Below, piece by piece: positions 17,594 through 24,345 of a DNA stretch of 64,000 nt. This stretch comes from an uncultured Rubrobacteraceae bacterium (GTDB lineage Bacteria > Actinomycetota > Rubrobacteria > Rubrobacterales > Rubrobacteraceae). Where the stretch lies: the NCBI GenBank assembly GCA_902806065.1, contig CADCVE010000089.1:5295-69294 (forward strand), read 5' to 3'. The translations under genes and the position numbers were made by a program. Position 1 is the stretch's first letter, and every line of letters begins with the position of its first letter. The notes beneath the pieces are model-generated. The model made no database searches and had not been told where the DNA came from. It saw only the letters and a program-made list of their open reading frames with translations.

Positions 17594-17683
17594 ATTCAAG
17601 GGGAATTTTCGAGCATGACCCCAGTGATCAGCGGCAGGCGCAAGGCATGGGTCCTTCTGCGCCCGCCTCCCTACTCGGCCTGA
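17594..17683 (+). pseudogene. Duplicated 5' end (SD + first ~8 codons) of the DUF4188 gene, followed by unrelated sequence and a stop
   Basis: 17594-17637 (ATTCAAGGGGAATTTTCGAGCATGACCCCAGTGATCAGCGGCAG) matches 16897-16940 (ATTCAAAGGAGGTTTTCGAGCATGGCCCCAGTAATCAGCGGTAG) at 38 of 44 positions. The copy encodes only MTPVISGRRKAWVLLRPPPYSA*. Confidence 0.6.
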
Positions 17684-18125
17684 TTAGCCCCATTTGACCA
17701 GGATATGACAATCGCAGCGACTCTCTCCGTGTTCAGGTAGATTGCGCCTTCTCTTCTGTCGTGCGTCGTGAAGAGGAGGTTTGCCGATGCGCCGATGGCC
17801 GGGTCCTTGATCACTTCCCTTACCGTCTGATCGACGGATGGTTCTTTTTCTGCCCGTTCCCGTTAGTGTTATCCCCCTCGGCTTGCTTCGCATCTCCAGT
17901 ACCTCAAGATCGATGGGCTGTTCCCGGTCGTTTGTGTAGATTTGTACTCGTATCGTGAAGGCCCCCCTCGCTTTTGTTCGCCTCGCCGACTCTGGATACC
18001 GGTATGATGCCCCAAGCAAAACCGAATGCACCCCTAAAACCTGCTTGTATTGTCGTTTGGATCTTTGGGGGGCCAGGATACTCCGTGAGGGGCTATGACC
18101 CTCTTGTTCCGGGAGGTAAGGAGGC

Positions 18126-18171
18126 GGTTCCGGCGCCCAGGAGAGCACGTAAGGAGGGAGGCGCCGGAACC
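18126..18171. other. Perfect 12-bp inverted repeat GGTTCCGGCGCC/GGCGCCGGAACC around a 22-nt loop rich in SD-like (plus strand) or anti-SD-like CCUCC (minus strand) sequence
   Basis: Read directly. GTAAGGAGG occurs twice (about 18115-18123 and 18150-18158). A third GTTCCGG copy at about 18106-18112 could pair alternatively. Confidence 0.5.
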
Positions 18172-18304
18172 ACACCTTCTATATATCTTGTGCGGGTGAC
18201 GGGAGGGTAACGACAACGTAACAGAAAGGAAAATCGCAACCTTTTTGGGGCCGCGAGCGGGCCGGGGTCCTGCGGGGCTCCGGCCCTTCGCCCCTCTGTC
18301 GGGC

Positions 18305-18775
18305 TCAGTCGGCCACTTCAGCGTAGTCGACCACGCCGATGCCATCCGGGGTGAGCCCGATATCGTCGGCGGCAGCGAGCGAGAGATCGAGGTCCACTGC
18401 CGAGTAGGGGTTACGGTCGTTGATAGTTACCCGCGTACAGTCACGGTAACAAACCTCCAGCACCGTACCGAACGGCAGCGCCTCGTGGGCGGCCGTGAAA
18501 CCGTACGGATCGTACGGCTCCCCAGAGGCCGTCGGGTTACCGGCGAGCTCTTTACCGTAGTAGCCGGCCCGCTGCCTCCCCCGTAGCCCTTCCTTCGCCT
18601 CCTCTTCGGTTCGCCCTTTTTCTTTTTGTGTCGTCTCCCCTTCCTGCGCCGTCTGCTCCCGTACTCGCTCTTCTTGTGTCTGCTCTTCCTCTTCCACACC
18701 GCACGCCACCGTCGCGCCGAACGCCGAAACTAGAACGGCGGCCAATACGACGTGGTACGTGAGTTTCCTCCTCAC
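18305..18775 (-). CDS. RlpA-like double-psi beta-barrel (DPBB) lipoprotein
   Basis: The C-terminus GYYGKELAGNPTASGEPYDPYGFTAAHEALPFGTVLEVCY...VTINDRNPY...DLDLSLAAADDIG is the RlpA/DPBB signature. GTG 18775 is preceded by AAAGGAGG and gives the signal peptide VRRKLTYHVVLAAVLVSAFGATVAC. The upstream 180 codons of track ORF 18305-19315 look non-coding. Confidence 0.8.
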   Translation of the reverse strand: MRRKLTYHVVLAAVLVSAFGATVACGVEEEEQTQEERVREQTAQEGETTQKEKGRTEEEAKEGLRGRQRAGYYGKELAGNPTASGEPYDPYGFTAAHEALPFGTVLEVCYRDCTRVTINDRNPYSAVDLDLSLAAADDIGLTPDGIGVVDYAEVAD

Positions 18776-18949
18776 AGCGATTCGCCTCCTTTGGCCGCGA
18801 TCGTGCCTTCCGAGGCCCCCTTGCTCCAGATTACGAGGACACTGAGAACTCCATTTCTCCCTCGCGTCGATTGTGGGCTCGTCGAGTAAAGACCGGATAA
18901 CAGACCGGCAACGGTTTGGTAACGAAAGTCGGGTTTCGCCTGAGGCTCC

Positions 18950-19313
18950 GGCCCGATTTCGTGCGCCTGACCAGGAGGTTGAAGTCCCATCCCGAACGAC
19001 CTCCGTACGAGGAAAGATGCCGCAAAGACCGCCGCCAGCCTTACCGTCCCCTGCAGCGCGGACGCTAAGAAATCGTCCTGTTGGCAACTCCGATCCTCCT
19101 TTCGGAGGATGCGCCCGCACCCGAATGGATGAAAGACGAGGACTGATGCGCGGCTGTCGCCGAACCGTAACCGTCCTGTTACGCACACCCGCCAAGATGA
19201 TGGTAAGGCGTCCGGGTAGGCTGGGCCGGAAGAAAAGGAGTAGCAGGGCCATGAGAAGCGCACAGTGTCCATCGGCACCGGATTGTACAGGCCGGATCTT
19301 GCGGGAATCGGCC
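18950..19313 (+). ncRNA. Candidate structured RNA with RNase P-like P1-P2-P3-P4-P5 topology but non-canonical catalytic-core sequence
   Basis: Helices by eye: P1 18950-18960/19304-19313, P2 18961-18966/19258-19263, P3 18974-18979/18999-19004. GAGGAAAG lies at 19009-19016. The P4-like helix is 19014-19022/19293-19300 with one bulged nucleotide. The P5-like helix is 19038-19045/19202-19209. CCGGGUAGGCUG lies at 19212-19223. The universally conserved GAAAGUCC...ACAGAACCCGGCUUA is absent. Confidence 0.35.
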
Positions 19314-19598
19314 ATAGTAGCCAGGGCAATAGTTCGCCACCAGCGAGAAGCTGCCTTCCGGGATAGGACCGAGGAGGCTCATGCGATGGAGGATTTGTGT
19401 TCCGGAATCTCCCGGATGGTTCTCGCGATCACCCGACCGCGCCAGCAATCCAACGCAGCCTAGAGTAGGGGTGGAGCGCCAACCTTTTTCTTGCCTGAAC
19501 GAGTGTCCTCCATTTCGCTAAAGCTTTTCGCGGATCTTGCCGATAACTACTACGAGGCTCGCGCCCCTCTTCTATTAGGCCAAGCCTCTTCTCATTAA

Positions 19599-19640
19599 CC
19601 GGTCTGGCACTAATTCCCCCTCCTAGGAAGCCCAGACCGG
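19599..19640 (+). ncRNA. Long hairpin (9-bp stem CCGGUCUGG/CCAGACCGG, inner UUCC/GGAA) with a C-rich loop CCCCCUCCU; possible sRNA module
   Basis: Read directly. It lies about 60 nt upstream of a plus-strand terminator-like hairpin, in a region with no credible ORF. Confidence 0.3.
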
Positions 19641-19696
19641 CGATCGTATATAGACCCCGCAGCACGAGACCAGCGAAGGTGCAGCCGGGGAGGCCA

Positions 19697-19720
19697 GCGC
19701 CCCAGTTCGGGCGCGTTTTC
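19697..19720 (+). terminator. Intrinsic-terminator-like hairpin GCGCCC-cagttc-GGGCGC followed by GUUUUC
   Basis: Read directly. It ends about 80 nt upstream of the PPOX start codon, implying a separate plus-strand transcript upstream. Confidence 0.4.
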
Positions 19721-19801
19721 AGCGCATAACTTACGGGTAAGCCACTGTCGGCGCGGCGCTTCGCGTCTGCCGATAACCCAAAAGCAGGAGGTACTCCAGA
19801 C

Positions 19802-20239
19802 ATGGCGGCGACTAGCAAGGACGGCCCCGAGCTACACAGGGCCACGGTAGAGTTAGCGCAGGGCAGAAACTACGGGGCGATCACCACGATCCTCCCCTCC
19901 GGCAATCTGCAGACTCACCCCATCTGGGTCCACTCGGACGGCGAGCGCCTCGTGGTCAACACAGAGACCCACCGCCGCAAGTACAAGAACGTGGAGCGAG
20001 ACCCCAACGTCACCCTGACTATCCGCAACGAGGAGAACCCCTACCACTACGCCGAGGTACGCGGGGAGGTCGTGGAGAAGGTGACGGGTCAGGAGGCCCG
20101 GGATCACATCGACGAACTCTCACAGAAGTATCACGGCGAAGATTACCCACCCGACAACATCATAAGCGAGCGGGTGATGCTGTGGATCGTCCCCTCGCGC
20201 CAGACCATCGTGGATCAGACCGCCTCCAGCATCGACTGA
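19802..20239 (+). CDS. PPOX-class (pyridoxamine 5'-phosphate oxidase-like) probable F420-dependent enzyme
   Basis: LAQGRNYGAITTILPSGNLQTHPIWVHSDGERLVVNTETHRRKYKNVERDPNVTLTI...YAEVRGEV is the split-barrel FDOR/PPOX pattern. SD is AGGAGG. Confidence 0.8.
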   Translation: MAATSKDGPELHRATVELAQGRNYGAITTILPSGNLQTHPIWVHSDGERLVVNTETHRRKYKNVERDPNVTLTIRNEENPYHYAEVRGEVVEKVTGQEARDHIDELSQKYHGEDYPPDNIISERVMLWIVPSRQTIVDQTASSID

Positions 20240-20247
20240 AAACCGCA

Positions 20248-20292
20248 GGAACCCTACCCCACCAAGTAAGATTTACTCGACGGTAGGGTTCC
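20248..20292. terminator. 11-bp perfect inverted repeat GGAACCCTACC/GGTAGGGTTCC between convergent genes
   Basis: Read directly. The loop contains a nested AGTAA/TTACT stem. There is no clear U-tract, so it could be a bidirectional terminator or a stabiliser. Confidence 0.45.
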
Positions 20293-20360
20293 TCCACCTC
20301 TGCAGCGCGGCCGGGACCTTTAAAGCTCCGGCTCTCTCTTCGCGCGGGGCCTTCCCGAGG

Positions 20361-20636
20361 TTACTGACCCTCTTTCTGCTGTTGCCCTCCCTGCACTTGT
20401 TCCTGCACCTGCTGTTGCCCCTCCTGTACTTGCTCCTCCACCTGCGTCCGCCCCTGTTGCACTTCCTGCTCTATCTGGGTCCTTCCTTTCTCTATTTCCT
20501 CTTCTACCTGCTGCCGCCCTTTCTCTACCTCTTCTTCCGCTTGCTTCTGTATGTCCTCTTGCAATGCGCCTCCGCAAGCCGCGCCCAACGACGAGACCAG
20601 CACGGCCGCGATAAGTATGGCGATCCTTCTCTTCAT
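20361..20636 (-). CDS. Small lipoprotein with an E/Q-rich repetitive (roughly 11-residue periodic) body
   Basis: Signal peptide plus lipobox MKRRIAILIAAVLVSSLGAAC, then EEEVEKGRQQVEEEIEKGRTQIEQEVQQGRTQVEEQVQEGQQQVQEQVQGGQQQ. Confidence 0.65.
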   Translation of the reverse strand: MKRRIAILIAAVLVSSLGAACGGALQEDIQKQAEEEVEKGRQQVEEEIEKGRTQIEQEVQQGRTQVEEQVQEGQQQVQEQVQGGQQQKEGQ

Positions 20637-20982
20637 GCTTTTCCTTCCTTGCAGTAGATCTACACTCCAGTGTCTCCGAAACCTATAAAGCTATACGTCG
20701 TAGCCTTCTACTTTGTTGTTCAAACGCTCCTGGTACTGTAGACAAAGAAGCCCTGGTGCCCGGTCAAGGGGAAAGGGAAAGGAGAAGCGAGCACCAAGGT
20801 AATAACTATATTCTAAACGCACGTATATTCGTTTGTCAAGGTGGTTGCCAGAGTTCGAGTCGACCGGGAGACCTACCGCCGCCGCCCGGGTTGCGCGATC
20901 TCAACGCGGACGCCGGGTGGTATAGACTGCACGGGCTTCGAGCGGATAGTAGAGGACAGGCGGAATAAGGGGAATGATTTTC

Positions 20983-21171
20983 ATGGGCCGTAGTTTCAAG
21001 ACCGGCGATGAGGACATAAAAGAAGGAGTCATGAACAAGGTGAAGGGCCGTCTCAAGGAGGCCGCCGGAGCCGTGAGCGGCGACGAAAATCTGAAGGCCG
21101 AGGGCCGCTCGGACCAGCGCAAGGGCGCCGTAAAGGAGAAGAAGGGTAAGCTCAAAGACCTGTTGCAGTAA
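20983..21171 (+). CDS. CsbD-family general stress protein
   Basis: KVKGRLKEAAGAVSGDENLKAEGRSDQRKGAVKEKKGKLKDLL is the CsbD repeat pattern. The start is ambiguous among ATG 20974, 20983 and 21031. Confidence 0.75.
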   Translation: MGRSFKTGDEDIKEGVMNKVKGRLKEAAGAVSGDENLKAEGRSDQRKGAVKEKKGKLKDLLQ

Positions 21172-21227
21172 CAACGGCTCTACGTTACTACTCCAGGGGT
21201 CTCAGGGACCGGGTCCGGCCCCTAGGA

Positions 21228-22295
21228 CTACGACGCGCGGGAAGCTACACGCCCTCCAGGGTCCCGTGGACCGGGGCTCTCCGTCCTTAGTTGGACACGA
21301 TACGCGCGCTTCGGGGCGCGAGCCAGATAGCCTACACGCACCATACTCAGGTGCCGGCCGAAGTCGGCGCTATCCAGGCGGGCCGTGCAGCCCGCGAGCC
21401 TCCCCAGCGCATATGTCTGGAAGTCCTCGGCCAGGTTGCCGTGCGCGTGCTGGACCAACCCCCACAGGGACCAGTGCAAGTCGCTCATGGCCTTGTACAG
21501 TTCCAGGCGCGAGTAGAGTGCCGGAGGCACCGCGCCACCGTGGTAAGCCTCCATCATCATCCGGTCCTCCGCGGGTCTCAACCCGGCCTCCACCGAGAGG
21601 TCGCCGAGGTCCCACATCGGGTCGTTCATGCCTGAGTACTCCCAGTCGATGAGGCGGATGCATCCACCCCCCTCCAGGAAGTTTCCCGGCCACGGATCGT
21701 TGTGGCACGGCGCCAGAGGCGTGGGAGACGACTCCAGCGCCCGCCGTACCACCTCCGCCTCCCGCGCCGTCGCGCGGTAATCCTCCAGCAATGGCGTCCC
21801 CAACTCACCCAGCAGGTCGAGGTAGCCCCGGACCGCGGAGAAAACATCGAAGCGCGTCCTGAAGACTCTTCCCATGCTGTGGACACGCCTGAGCGCCAGC
21901 GCGGCGCGGACCGGCGCCCCTGTTTCGAGGCCGAAGCTTTTTCCGTCCATAGTGGTACCGTCGAAGAAACGGGTCAGCATCGTACCGTCCCTGACGTCGA
22001 AGTGGATGACCTCGGCGTTGACCCCGACGGTGGCGGCTACCCGCGCGTTATGCTCCTCGGCCGCCCGGTCCACGTAGCTGGAGGTACCCTCCCCGGCAAT
22101 GCGCAGCACGTAAGCTCCCGCCTCCACAGTAACCTTATAGCTTGTGTTCGTTAGAGCGCCACCGAGACGCTCTAGCTCAACGTCCTCCAACCGCACACCC
22201 TCAAAGAACGGCACACCCGCCAACACACCACGAACTACATCCAGACCCGCTTCTGTCCGCCTTTGAGGTGATAGCACGACCTTGCCCCGATCCAC
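21228..22295 (-). CDS. Choline/ethanolamine-kinase-like phosphotransferase (APH superfamily)
   Basis: LGGALTNTSYKV...YVLRIAGEGT...CHNDPWPGNFLEGGGCIRLIDWEYSGMNDPMWDLGDL carries the Brenner and ChoK motifs. Confidence 0.75.
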   Translation of the reverse strand: MDRGKVVLSPQRRTEAGLDVVRGVLAGVPFFEGVRLEDVELERLGGALTNTSYKVTVEAGAYVLRIAGEGTSSYVDRAAEEHNARVAATVGVNAEVIHFDVRDGTMLTRFFDGTTMDGKSFGLETGAPVRAALALRRVHSMGRVFRTRFDVFSAVRGYLDLLGELGTPLLEDYRATAREAEVVRRALESSPTPLAPCHNDPWPGNFLEGGGCIRLIDWEYSGMNDPMWDLGDLSVEAGLRPAEDRMMMEAYHGGAVPPALYSRLELYKAMSDLHWSLWGLVQHAHGNLAEDFQTYALGRLAGCTARLDSADFGRHLSMVRVGYLARAPKRAYRVQLRTESPGPRDPGGRVASRAS

Positions 22296-22382
22296 GTTGT
22301 GATGATAACGACCATCTCATTGTAAACCGTATGTAAATTCTGTGTGAAATCTATGTAAACTTCTCTCTCAGCTTGTATCTTG

Positions 22383-23219
22383 CTATACGTTCCGCGTTGC
22401 GAAGAGGACTGTAGCCTGGCCGAGTTGGGGGCGTAGGGCGTCGTTGCGGGCTGCGTAGGCTTCCAGCTCTCCTTTTTCGTCGAGGTCTTGAATGCGGGAG
22501 AGGACGTGTTGCAGGCGGTCCTTGGTGACGAGCGACCATACTGAGTCGCCGTCGCGCCACTCCTCTTTAAGGGGGCCGCGGGGGTCGAAGTAGGGTTCAC
22601 CCTGGACTACGGCGTCGGTTGGCGCGAAGCTGCCCCGGTAGGCGAAGCCGCTGTCGCCGAGGATTGTGGCGAGTTCGTCGAGGGGAGCGTAGCGGGCGCG
22701 GAGGGCGTCGGCGGATTCCGGTATCAGGGTGTAGTGCCAGTATGCGTGGCGCAGTTGCTCCTGAGAGCAGGTGTTGACTACGAGGACGCCGCCGGGTTTC
22801 AGCACCCGGGCGAACTCGGAAAAGACCCGACGATGAGCGGGGAAGCCCTTCGGGGCGTCGTCCGGGAGGTGATGGAGGACCTGGTTGATCATAACTCCGT
22901 CGAAGTATTCGTCCTCGAAGGGCAGCTCATCTATGCGTGATGAATGGAAGGAGATCCTCCCCTCCGATTGGGGTCTTTCCAGCTTTCGCGCCGCGACCTC
23001 CAGCATCCCGGGGTTGAGGTCCACCGCCTCGATCCGACCGACATAATCAAGCATCGCCTGCGAATAGTTGCCGGTCCCACACCCCGCGTCGAGGACCACC
23101 ATCTGGTCCAGCGGTACCTCCGCGTGGGCGAAACAACCGACGGCTATCTCCATCCCCACCGGCTCTCGCGTCTTGTCATAGTTCCTGGATTTGCGCGTGT
23201 AATCCTCGTAGCTACTCAT
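22383..23219 (-). CDS. Class I SAM-dependent methyltransferase
   Basis: VVLDAGCGTGNYSQAMLDYVGRIEAVDLNPGMLEVA...FDGVMINQVLHHL. ATG 23219 is preceded by CAGGAGGAG. Confidence 0.8.
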   Translation of the reverse strand: MSSYEDYTRKSRNYDKTREPVGMEIAVGCFAHAEVPLDQMVVLDAGCGTGNYSQAMLDYVGRIEAVDLNPGMLEVAARKLERPQSEGRISFHSSRIDELPFEDEYFDGVMINQVLHHLPDDAPKGFPAHRRVFSEFARVLKPGGVLVVNTCSQEQLRHAYWHYTLIPESADALRARYAPLDELATILGDSGFAYRGSFAPTDAVVQGEPYFDPRGPLKEEWRDGDSVWSLVTKDRLQHVLSRIQDLDEKGELEAYAARNDALRPQLGQATVLFATRNV

Positions 23220-23390
23220 TGCAAACTCCTCCTGAACTCGGCCTCTATCCTCTTCGTCGTGAGCAAGAGAGCGTACTGTACAAAGCCGGGTAACGCAGGT
23301 TTTACGCACCTTTAACGCTATTTTTACTCAGTAGACGACCCCTGACTCTATACTCTTCCGCGATCTACGGCTCTAGAGAGGAAGAGTAGT

Positions 23391-24329
23391 ATGTCTTTTT
23401 GCAGCGTCGGCATCAACCAACCGCGCCCGCATCTAAACGGCCTCTCGGGGCTCGCCGAGGATCTCGAAGCTGCGAAGCGCGCCGGGGCTGATTTCTTCGA
23501 GGTCATGCCTCACGAGCTTGGGGTCATCTTCAACGGCAGCCTCGACGGGACACGGCTACTCTCCGTCCGGGAGGTGCTGCACGGGGCAGACCTCTCTTAC
23601 ACCGTTCACGCCCCGCTCGACATGAACCTCATGGACCCGACCGCCCCCGGTCTCCACCGCGACGTCCTGAACGCCAGCATCCAGTTCGCGGGTGAGATCG
23701 GCGCGAACGTGGTGGTTTGCCACGCTGGACAGCGGCTAGGTGCCCGCGACGCCCGGCACAGCTTCAAAGACCAGCTCGACACCGAGCGTTCCGCCCTGCT
23801 GGAGGCCGGAGAGACGGCGGGGGAGCTAGGCGTAACCATCGCCGTCGAGAACTACTACCCTGAACTGCCCATTATCCTGGGAGCGGTCTACGACTACTCC
23901 GTCCGGCCCTCGGAGTTAGCCGAGCAACTCCACGCGGTCGACCATCCCGCGGTCGGCCTCTGTCTGGACGTAGGACACGCGGCGCTGGCGGCAAATGCCT
24001 TCGGCTTCGACTACTTCGAGGAGTGCGCCGCCGCGGCGCCCCTAGTGCGTCACGTCCACCTCCACGACAACCTGGAGAAGCCCAACCTCACGGGTGAGCC
24101 GCCCGTCTCCGAGCATCCTATTTACGGGCTTGGAGACCTGCACTTGCCGCCCGGTAGAGGGACCATCCCACTCGAAGAGCTGTTCCGGCAGCTTGATCTC
24201 TCCGAGAACCCTTCCTGCTGCGTGGAGTTGATCTGCGCGAACTCTTACGCCCTGGCCCCGGAAGCCCTCGATGCTGCCAGGAAGATCGGGGAACTTGCAG
24301 GAACCGCCCGGGAGCGAGTCTCCATCTAG
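23391..24329 (+). CDS. Sugar phosphate isomerase/epimerase (xylose-isomerase-like TIM barrel)
   Basis: YTVHAPLDMNLMD...VVVCHAG...IAVENYYPE...LCLDVGHAALA...VHLHDN. Confidence 0.8.
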   Translation: MSFCSVGINQPRPHLNGLSGLAEDLEAAKRAGADFFEVMPHELGVIFNGSLDGTRLLSVREVLHGADLSYTVHAPLDMNLMDPTAPGLHRDVLNASIQFAGEIGANVVVCHAGQRLGARDARHSFKDQLDTERSALLEAGETAGELGVTIAVENYYPELPIILGAVYDYSVRPSELAEQLHAVDHPAVGLCLDVGHAALAANAFGFDYFEECAAAAPLVRHVHLHDNLEKPNLTGEPPVSEHPIYGLGDLHLPPGRGTIPLEELFRQLDLSENPSCCVELICANSYALAPEALDAARKIGELAGTARERVSI

Positions 24330-24345
24330 ATCCGGCTTTCTAGTT

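Noticed and set aside
17671-17814. 47-codon minus-strand ORF (VIKDPAIGASANLLFTTHDRREGAIYLNTERVAAIVISWSNGANQAE) with a weak SD. Also the 163-aa track ORF 17684-18175.
   Set aside because: No family is recognised, and the ORF is short and sits in a decayed region. It could be a gene fragment. The support is not enough to call it.
18986-18997. 5S rRNA-like CCCAUCCCGAAC.
   Set aside because: It is a 12-nt resemblance only, with no other 5S helices. It falls in the loop of the proposed P3 hairpin.
18776-19100. c-di-AMP (ydaO-type) riboswitch, expected upstream of an RlpA/Rpf-like cell-wall gene on the minus strand.
   Set aside because: Only a weak resemblance exists (CAGUGUCCUCGUAAUC versus the CAGCUAACCUCGUAAGC I recall). 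The GGGGACCCA / GGGUGAAUC / CCGAACCCGAC blocks are absent.
18776-19315. N-terminal 180-codon extension of track ORF 18305-19315, and ORFs 18772-19329 and 18873-19463.
   Set aside because: The composition is not protein-like. A strong SD plus GTG at 18775 yields a proper lipoprotein signal peptide. The region is better explained as non-coding or RNA.
19350-19362. SRP RNA domain IV-like CCCGGAAGGCAGC on the minus strand.
   Set aside because: It lacks the GGAAGGAAGCAGC spacing and the symmetric-loop partner strand.
19741-19747. Cobalamin-riboswitch B12-box-like GCCACUG upstream of the PPOX gene.
   Set aside because: None of the other conserved cobalamin riboswitch blocks (GGGAA..GGUG.AA..CC) is present.
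19468-19800. tmRNA. Cues were a GGGGUGG 5' end, a GCCGAUAACUAC... tag-like stretch at about 19539, and a possible acceptor-like UACUCCA at about 19788.
   Set aside because: There is no T-arm (GGUUCGAnUCC) and no CCA end. No reading frame ends in a hydrophobic ...AA tag. The putative 3' end overlaps the PPOX ribosome-binding site.
20853-20861. tRNA T-loop-like GTTCGAGTC.
   Set aside because: The flanks cannot form a T-stem or an acceptor stem. No tRNA was found anywhere in the window.
20660-20970. Possible SigB/SigF-type promoter (GGGTGGTAT) or a leader RNA in the 300-bp region upstream of csbD.
   Set aside because: No -35 element lies at a plausible spacing, and no convincing structure was seen.
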